Source of the DNA: a virus
IMG/VR virus record: IMGVR_UViG_3300017917_000733
Location: 32,001-96,000 of that record
Length of the DNA: 64,000 bases
Direction: 5' to 3' (one strand)
Positions 58,080 to 64,000 of this stretch are shown here, in pieces. The notes under the pieces were generated by a model that was not told the origin of the DNA, searched no databases, and saw only the letters and a program-made list of their open reading frames with translations. The position numbers and the translations under genes are program-made. Within the stretch, counting starts at the first letter, position 1; each line of letters opens with the position of its first letter.

Positions 58080-58772
58080 ATGATTGATATTAACAACACA
58101 CTAGACCTAGTCAAACTTAAATTTTATAACGAATGGTTATATACCGCCCACATCTATGATGAGGGCGATAGTCCAATGCACAAGACTTTAACTGCTAAAG
58201 TTGTAAAAGACTATGTTGATCCATTAAACTTACCCAAGAATGCTAAGATTTTAGATTTGGGTTGTGGTCCAGGTTATTTTCTTGATGAAATGAAAGAACG
58301 TGGCTATACTGATTTAACTGGAGTTACACTTAGCCCCGGTGATATAGAAATCTGCGAGAAAAACGGACACACAATCAAAAAATATGATTTAAGTTTCTTG
58401 CCACAAAAAGATGGATACTTTGACGAATCTGTAGACTTTATTTTCTTACGCCATGCACTAGAGCATAGTCCATATCCTATTTTTAGCTTAATGGAATATA
58501 ACCGTGTATTGAAACAGTTCGGTAGGATATATATTGAAGTTCCTGCCCCAGACTGTGACCGAAGACACGAGTACAACTTAAATCACTATAGTATTTTGGG
58601 TGAAAAACAGTTAGCAGCCTTGTTGGAAAGAACAGGTTTCAATATAGATATGTTTCAAACCATAGAATTTCAAATCAGTGGGAAAAATCCAAATACTAAT
58701 GAGGATTTTACAGCTACAGAGAGATTCTACTGTATAGTCGCTACTAAACAACGGCCATTAGATATTAAGTAA
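58080..58772 (+). CDS. Class I SAM-dependent methyltransferase
   Basis: ILDLGCGPG, HALEH, RVLK..G.IYIEVP. Confidence 0.88.
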   Translation: MIDINNTLDLVKLKFYNEWLYTAHIYDEGDSPMHKTLTAKVVKDYVDPLNLPKNAKILDLGCGPGYFLDEMKERGYTDLTGVTLSPGDIEICEKNGHTIKKYDLSFLPQKDGYFDESVDFIFLRHALEHSPYPIFSLMEYNRVLKQFGRIYIEVPAPDCDRRHEYNLNHYSILGEKQLAALLERTGFNIDMFQTIEFQISGKNPNTNEDFTATERFYCIVATKQRPLDIK

Positions 58773-58778
58773 AACGAT

Positions 58779-58807
58779 AAATACTCTCTATACGAGAGTA
58801 TTTTTTT
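58779..58807 (+). terminator. Probable intrinsic terminator overlapping a late-promoter motif
   Basis: AAATACTCTC-TATAC-GAGAGTATTT plus T tract; ATAAATA at 58777-58783. Confidence 0.55.
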
Positions 58808-58818
58808 AGGATACTTAT

Positions 58819-59169
58819 ATGAATATCAGTCAAATATTGAGAAATTTAGCCGACAAGTTAGACACAATGGCTACTAGTGCCGAAAAACCTACAGTAGCAG
58901 ACCAAGCCCTACAAGTAGCAAGAGCACCAGAAACACAAGAGTTAGACGGTGAAGAATTACCGTTAAGCACAATGGTTCCTCCATTACAACAAAAGATGGA
59001 ACTATTGAAAAGATCCGTAGGAATAGACAACGTATTTGACGGTTCTCCTATTGACAAAACTGAAAACGGTGATGATGACGAATTAGAAGTTATCAAAAAG
59101 AATGCGGGTATTTTACCTAACCCAGCCGCAATTATGGCATTGTCTGATGATGAGCCACTAGATGATTAA
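58819..59169 (+). CDS. Acidic hypothetical protein
   Basis: 116 aa; MVPPLQQKMELLK and IKKNAGI motifs. Confidence 0.7.
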   Translation: MNISQILRNLADKLDTMATSAEKPTVADQALQVARAPETQELDGEELPLSTMVPPLQQKMELLKRSVGIDNVFDGSPIDKTENGDDDELEVIKKNAGILPNPAAIMALSDDEPLDD

Positions 59170-59184
59170 TCTGGGGGCTAGATA

Positions 59185-60762
59185 ATGTCTTTCATTCAAA
59201 ACTTTTTCACAAGCCGCGACAACAACGCAAACACAGAAACATATGTAGGTCAAACAGACCGTCTATGGTATAATCCTGATAATAATACAATCAGAGTAAG
59301 TGATGGTAGTACACCTGGAGGCTTGCCTGTAGATTTAAACATTGATTCAAACCTTACAGTTAATACTTTTACAGCCAACTCAGGGAACATTATAGGTAAC
59401 TTAGTAGTCGGTGGTAATATCTCTCCTGCAACTGATACTAAAATAGGTGGAGTTAAAGCAGGACCCGGAGCCAACATTTCCAATGACGGTACACTTACTA
59501 TTGACACTGCGGGGCTACCATTAAGTTTCGGAGATTTCACTGCTAATAATAATATTTTAACATTGGTCAACGTAGACCAAAATATGATATTAGCTACTAA
59601 TGGTGATGCAGAAGTTCAATTAGTAGGAAACATTGGTTTCTACCGTACAGATGGCTTTCCACCTAATGTCGCTAATAGATATTTTCAAGCACTTAGCGAC
59701 GGTCAAATTAAAATGTACGTACCTCAAGTTGACGCAACAGCAGGAGCTATTGAAATTATAGGTACTACAAGTGGTTTAGCAGGCCCGGTTGTTAATTCGG
59801 GCGTCATGGTACACATTACAGGACAGAATGGATTACCTAGTAGATTCTACAATGACGGTGTAGGAAGTTTTGCAGCGTTTGTGGGTCGTAGAGTTAATGG
59901 AACAGTCGCATCACCTACAGCCGTATTAGCAGGTGATGAACTTATAAGATTCTCAAGTACAGGCTACAATGGTACTGAAATATCAGGTAACGGTAGTGCT
60001 AGAATAGTGTTCCAAGCAATGGAAAACTTTACTCCATCCAACACTGGTAGTAATTTAAGTTTTTGGACTGCGGCAATTGGTAGCAATACATTAACTAAGA
60101 TAGTAACTATAGACAGTGCCAATGGACTAGTAGCTACTAATGTTGTTTCAATTGGTAACGCAAACGTAGGTAATTTGGGTACAGGTGGTTTAATCACTGC
60201 TACCGGAAATATTACAGGTGGTAATTTAGTGACAGGTGGCAGTGCTAATATCACTGGTAATGTTAATGCAGGCAACTTAGTATTATCAACTGGTAATATT
60301 ATCTATACACCAAGACATGGAGCATTCTATAGTAATGTAGACCAAACTAATCCAGTTGCAAACACTGCCATGGCAATGACATTTAATAACACTGTTACTG
60401 CTAATGGTGTATCTGTTGTTTCTAATTCTCAACTTACTATTGCTAAAACTGGTGTGTATAACATTCAATTTAGCGCACAAGTAAACAAAACAGGTGGCGG
60501 CACGGGAATCGTTGATATTTGGTTGAATAAAAACGGTACTCCTGTTGATTGGACTAATACTTCAATACCAGTAACTGCGGGTGCCCCTCAAGTAGCGGCA
60601 TGGAATTTTGTTGAAAATGTTACTGTAGCAAATACATATTTTCAAATCATGTGGTCTAGTCCAGATACAGGTGTATTATTGGATGCTGTGGTCGCAAATA
60701 CGAACCCAACAAGACCCGGTATTCCTTCAGTTATAGTATCAGTAACACCCGTCGGTGCATAA
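59185..60762 (+). CDS. Tail fibre/spike-like protein with C1q/TNF-like C-terminal domain
   Basis: LWYNPD..IRVSDGSTPGG, GNITGGNL repeats, GVYNIQFSAQ. Confidence 0.65.
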   Translation: MSFIQNFFTSRDNNANTETYVGQTDRLWYNPDNNTIRVSDGSTPGGLPVDLNIDSNLTVNTFTANSGNIIGNLVVGGNISPATDTKIGGVKAGPGANISNDGTLTIDTAGLPLSFGDFTANNNILTLVNVDQNMILATNGDAEVQLVGNIGFYRTDGFPPNVANRYFQALSDGQIKMYVPQVDATAGAIEIIGTTSGLAGPVVNSGVMVHITGQNGLPSRFYNDGVGSFAAFVGRRVNGTVASPTAVLAGDELIRFSSTGYNGTEISGNGSARIVFQAMENFTPSNTGSNLSFWTAAIGSNTLTKIVTIDSANGLVATNVVSIGNANVGNLGTGGLITATGNITGGNLVTGGSANITGNVNAGNLVLSTGNIIYTPRHGAFYSNVDQTNPVANTAMAMTFNNTVTANGVSVVSNSQLTIAKTGVYNIQFSAQVNKTGGGTGIVDIWLNKNGTPVDWTNTSIPVTAGAPQVAAWNFVENVTVANTYFQIMWSSPDTGVLLDAVVANTNPTRPGIPSVIVSVTPVGA

Positions 60763-61028
60763 TGTTTGATCCATTTAAACAAGCAAGACTAATGAACGGA
60801 TACGATAAACTCAAGTCCGTTCAATTACCTGAAGACAGCATAGATTCATTAGATGACTTAAAAAAACTTGCAGGTATAAACGAAAACACCAGCATGGGAG
60901 AAGAAATGAGCCACCAAGGAACTAATTTAGGTAAAATCATGCGCGAACGAAATATTCAGCCCGGCACTGACGAATGGTTTAAACTATGGTTCGCTAAACC
61001 AAAATTGACAGGTGAGAAGCCTTACTAA
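60762..61028 (+). CDS. Hypothetical protein
   Basis: LKKLAGI and IQPGTDEWFKLWF motifs. Confidence 0.7.
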   Translation: MFDPFKQARLMNGYDKLKSVQLPEDSIDSLDDLKKLAGINENTSMGEEMSHQGTNLGKIMRERNIQPGTDEWFKLWFAKPKLTGEKPY

Positions 61029-61040
61029 CTAAATAATGGT

Positions 61041-62588
61041 ATGAGTGGAACGCCTACCTTAATTAAAGACCCTTATAAAAAGACGGTTTTTAAAAATGAC
61101 CAAGAATTACAAGACTTTATAAAGTGTTGCGACCCTAACACTGGTTATCTATACTTCATGGATAACTTCTTTATGATTCAGCACCCGACACGTGGTAGCA
61201 TGAATTATCACCCCTGGCCTTATCAGGAACGATTGATTGAAACATACCATAAATATCGTTTCTCAATTTCATTGATGCCTCGACAGTCAGGTAAGTCTAC
61301 TAGTGCTGCTGGTTATCTATTATGGTACGCTATGTTCGTGCCTGACAGTACAATTCTTATTGCAGCGCACAAATATACAGGTGCTCAGGAAATCATGCAA
61401 CGTATTCGTTATGCATACGAAGCATGTCCCGATCACATTAAAGCAGGTGTGACAACATACAACAAAGGCTCACTAGACTTTGAGAACGGCAGTCGCATTG
61501 TTAGTGCTACAACGACTGAAAACACAGGTCGTGGTATGTCTATCTCATTATTGTACCTAGACGAATTTGCGTTCGTTAGACCTAGTATAGCGCAAGAATT
61601 CTGGACTGCTATTACTCCTACACTATCTACTGGTGGTAAAGCGATTATCACAAGTACCCCAAACAGTGACGAAGACCAGTTCGCATTGATTTGGAAGGGT
61701 GCGAACAAGACAGAAGATGAATTCGGTAATACAACTGAATTAGGTATTAATGGATTCAGAGCATATCGTGCTTATTGGAATGAACAGCCGGGCAGGGACG
61801 AAGCCTGGGCTGAACAGATGAAGGCACAACTAGGCGAGGATCGCTTCAACCGAGAGATTGGTTGTGAATTCATTATTGCTGACGAAACATTAATTAATCC
61901 TAACACATTGATAATGCTTGAAGGACAAGAACCTACATTTCGTCAAGGACAGATTCGTTGGTATAAGAAACCTGAAAAGGGAAACATATATACAGTAGCA
62001 CTTGATCCTAGTATTGGTACTGGTGGTGATCCTGCAGCTATTCAAGTGTTTGAAGCAAATTCAGCTACACAGGTTGGTGAGTGGAAACACAACAAGACAA
62101 CTATTCCTGAACAAATTAAGTTGATAGCACAGATTTGCAAGTACATTGAAGAATGCACTAACGAACCTAATAACATTTACTATTCTATTGAAAATAACTC
62201 AATAGGTGAGGCAGCGTTAGTTTCATTGAACGAATACGGTGAAAGTAGTATTCCAGGAACATTTATAAGTGAACCCGGTAGAAAACGCAAGGGTTTCAAC
62301 ACCAGTGCTAAGTCAAAATTAGCAGCTTGTGCAAAGTTTAAGACTCTGTTAGAAAGCAAGAAAATGACAATACACAGTCGTAGTCTTATAACAGAACTTA
62401 AAGCATTTGTTGCATCAGGTGGAAGCTACCAAGCTAAGATTGGAGACACCGACGATTTGGTTATGGCTACACTATTAACTGTAAGAATTATCCAGCAATT
62501 ATCAGAATATAATGTAGATTTAGACAATTATGTCCGAGACCATGACGAATTTGTAGCTCCTTTGCCCTTCTTTGCCTTGCTAAGTTGA
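61041..62588 (+). CDS. Terminase large subunit (T4 gp17-like)
   Basis: PRQSGKS, LYLDEFAF, ITSTPN, nuclease ALDPS, IENN, DDLVMA. Confidence 0.95.
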   Translation: MSGTPTLIKDPYKKTVFKNDQELQDFIKCCDPNTGYLYFMDNFFMIQHPTRGSMNYHPWPYQERLIETYHKYRFSISLMPRQSGKSTSAAGYLLWYAMFVPDSTILIAAHKYTGAQEIMQRIRYAYEACPDHIKAGVTTYNKGSLDFENGSRIVSATTTENTGRGMSISLLYLDEFAFVRPSIAQEFWTAITPTLSTGGKAIITSTPNSDEDQFALIWKGANKTEDEFGNTTELGINGFRAYRAYWNEQPGRDEAWAEQMKAQLGEDRFNREIGCEFIIADETLINPNTLIMLEGQEPTFRQGQIRWYKKPEKGNIYTVALDPSIGTGGDPAAIQVFEANSATQVGEWKHNKTTIPEQIKLIAQICKYIEECTNEPNNIYYSIENNSIGEAALVSLNEYGESSIPGTFISEPGRKRKGFNTSAKSKLAACAKFKTLLESKKMTIHSRSLITELKAFVASGGSYQAKIGDTDDLVMATLLTVRIIQQLSEYNVDLDNYVRDHDEFVAPLPFFALLS

Positions 62589-62598
62589 TAAATACAAT

Positions 62599-64000
62599 AT
62601 GCCTAAGAATTCAGAAAACCTTAACAGACAGCTTTTTGACCTATTAAAGGGTAAAGGATACGATCCTATAACCCTAGATACGTCAGGAAAAGAGACTCCA
62701 GTACCAGAAGAAGCAGAAGTATTCCAGTTTGATTTCGTCAAAGACGGTGAAAATTATGGAAAAGTCACTGTTTCTATTGATGGATTACACAAACTTATCA
62801 TTTACTTTAGTGACGATGTTGCTAATAGTTCAAAAGCGAACGACGGTGAAAAGCCATCAGTTGATGGTAATTCATGGTACTCATTGTTGAGACACTTAAA
62901 GAAATTCGCAAAAAATAGACAACTCAGTTTTGAGTTAAAGAATTCAAACCATTTAAAGCACGATATGGCTAAGAGGGAATATATGAAAAACAAAGAGAAA
63001 ATCAGTGAAGGATACTACCCAATGGGGAAAAAAGCAAGCTATAGCGATGCTATACCTAACGTAAAGATGGTGATTCAACACACTCGCCAAATTGAAGAAG
63101 GTGAACAACGTTATCGCAACATTGCTAGAATTTTCTTAGAGAATGAGCAAGGTGAAAGATTCCTAGCACCTACAACAAAGCCAGGCATTGCACGTGTATA
63201 TGCTCGCCATATCGCAGAAGGTGGTCAACCACATGACGAGCGTTGGAATCATATCAACAGCTTGTGCGAAGAATATCAAAAAATGGCAGGGTTCGTTCGT
63301 GCTGTTCGCAATGGACAATTCAATGAATCTGCACAACAATTAGTTAATGAAGGTATCAATCACTACCAGTCATTGCGTGAAACACTAAGCAAGATGACAG
63401 GTCATCGTGGTTATAATACTTATTTTGAAAGCTATACACCACCTTTAATGGAAGATGAAGTAGACACAAGTGCGTTAAACGAATTATTTGTCCAAGAGAC
63501 ATTGGACCCACGCATTGAAAGTGTAATGCCAATATTATCTCGCCTACACAAAACAGTAGCTGAAATGAAAGAAGTTGGTGCATTAGCAGAATGGGCTGAC
63601 AGCTTACTTGAAGGCGGCGATGGTGGTGAAGCAAGCGAAGAAATCGACGGTGATACACCAGGAGATGCAGGTGAAGGTGGTGCAGAAGACGCACCTGAAG
63701 ATTCATTATCAGAAGCTACTGATGCATATTCTATTCCTGAAGATGATTTGGATGAAGATAGACATTATGAGCGCGGTGAAGAATATGAAGATATGGCTGA
63801 CCGTGAATTGATGCACCATGCTCGTATGTTAGGTTTAGAAAAGAACATAGTACCTGATGACGAAGGTGGTTTAGCTAACCGTCGTGAAATCATATATTTG
63901 TTACAACAACAATTAGATGACGAAGATTTAGAAGAAGGTTTAGGTGATATCGCTAAGAAAGTCGGTGGTGTTGTTAAGAAAGCAGCTGGCAAAGCGTTAG
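62599..64000 (+). CDS. Large acidic hypothetical protein, 3'-truncated (not in ORF track)
   Basis: ATAAATA 4 nt upstream; frame MPKNSENLNRQLF... stays open to the end of the window. Confidence 0.75.
   Translation, partial: MPKNSENLNRQLFDLLKGKGYDPITLDTSGKETPVPEEAEVFQFDFVKDGENYGKVTVSIDGLHKLIIYFSDDVANSSKANDGEKPSVDGNSWYSLLRHLKKFAKNRQLSFELKNSNHLKHDMAKREYMKNKEKISEGYYPMGKKASYSDAIPNVKMVIQHTRQIEEGEQRYRNIARIFLENEQGERFLAPTTKPGIARVYARHIAEGGQPHDERWNHINSLCEEYQKMAGFVRAVRNGQFNESAQQLVNEGINHYQSLRETLSKMTGHRGYNTYFESYTPPLMEDEVDTSALNELFVQETLDPRIESVMPILSRLHKTVAEMKEVGALAEWADSLLEGGDGGEASEEIDGDTPGDAGEGGAEDAPEDSLSEATDAYSIPEDDLDEDRHYERGEEYEDMADRELMHHARMLGLEKNIVPDDEGGLANRREIIYLLQQQLDDEDLEEGLGDIAKKVGGVVKKAAGKAL

Noticed and set aside
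50348-62588. Introns or inteins in thyA or the terminase
   Set aside because: Both are continuous, of normal length, and have no intein motifs.
63356-63992. Short track ORFs at the right end of the window
   Set aside because: They overlap the frame-1 ORF starting at 62599, which the track missed because it has no stop in the window.
1-64000. Genome-wide TAG recoding (genetic code 15)
   Set aside because: Standard-code ORFs are long and tile the window, including one of more than 3,790 aa. Only one in-frame TAG was found.

Overview
AT-rich, gene-dense 64 kb segment of a large tailed phage with T4-like features (gp17-type terminase, gp9/gp10-like motif, TATAAATA-type late promoters). The host is probably a proteobacterium (inference). 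From left to right: a giant (>3,790 aa, 5'-truncated) repeat-rich virion protein and tail genes; a modification island of about 20 kb (putative glycosyltransferases, eight radical SAM enzymes, a carbamoyltransferase, a glutamine amidotransferase); a circularly permuted two-piece tmRNA; surface proteins; an amber (CUA) tRNA; an SbtA-family transporter and an AhpC/AhpD/TerC stress cluster; a sigma70-promoter early region with a MoxR-type AAA+/VWA pair; folA, thyA, sugar-nucleotide enzymes and a ninth radical SAM; spanins; putative internal head proteins; and the terminase. Top finding: the atypical CUA-anticodon tRNA (37374-37446) lies about 170 nt upstream of a gene reading ATG-GCA-TAG-ATT behind a good Shine-Dalgarno, while no called gene in the window ends in TAG. 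This suggests a suppressor-tRNA-gated gene in a phage that otherwise uses the standard code. All calls were made by eye from motifs; no database searches were run.
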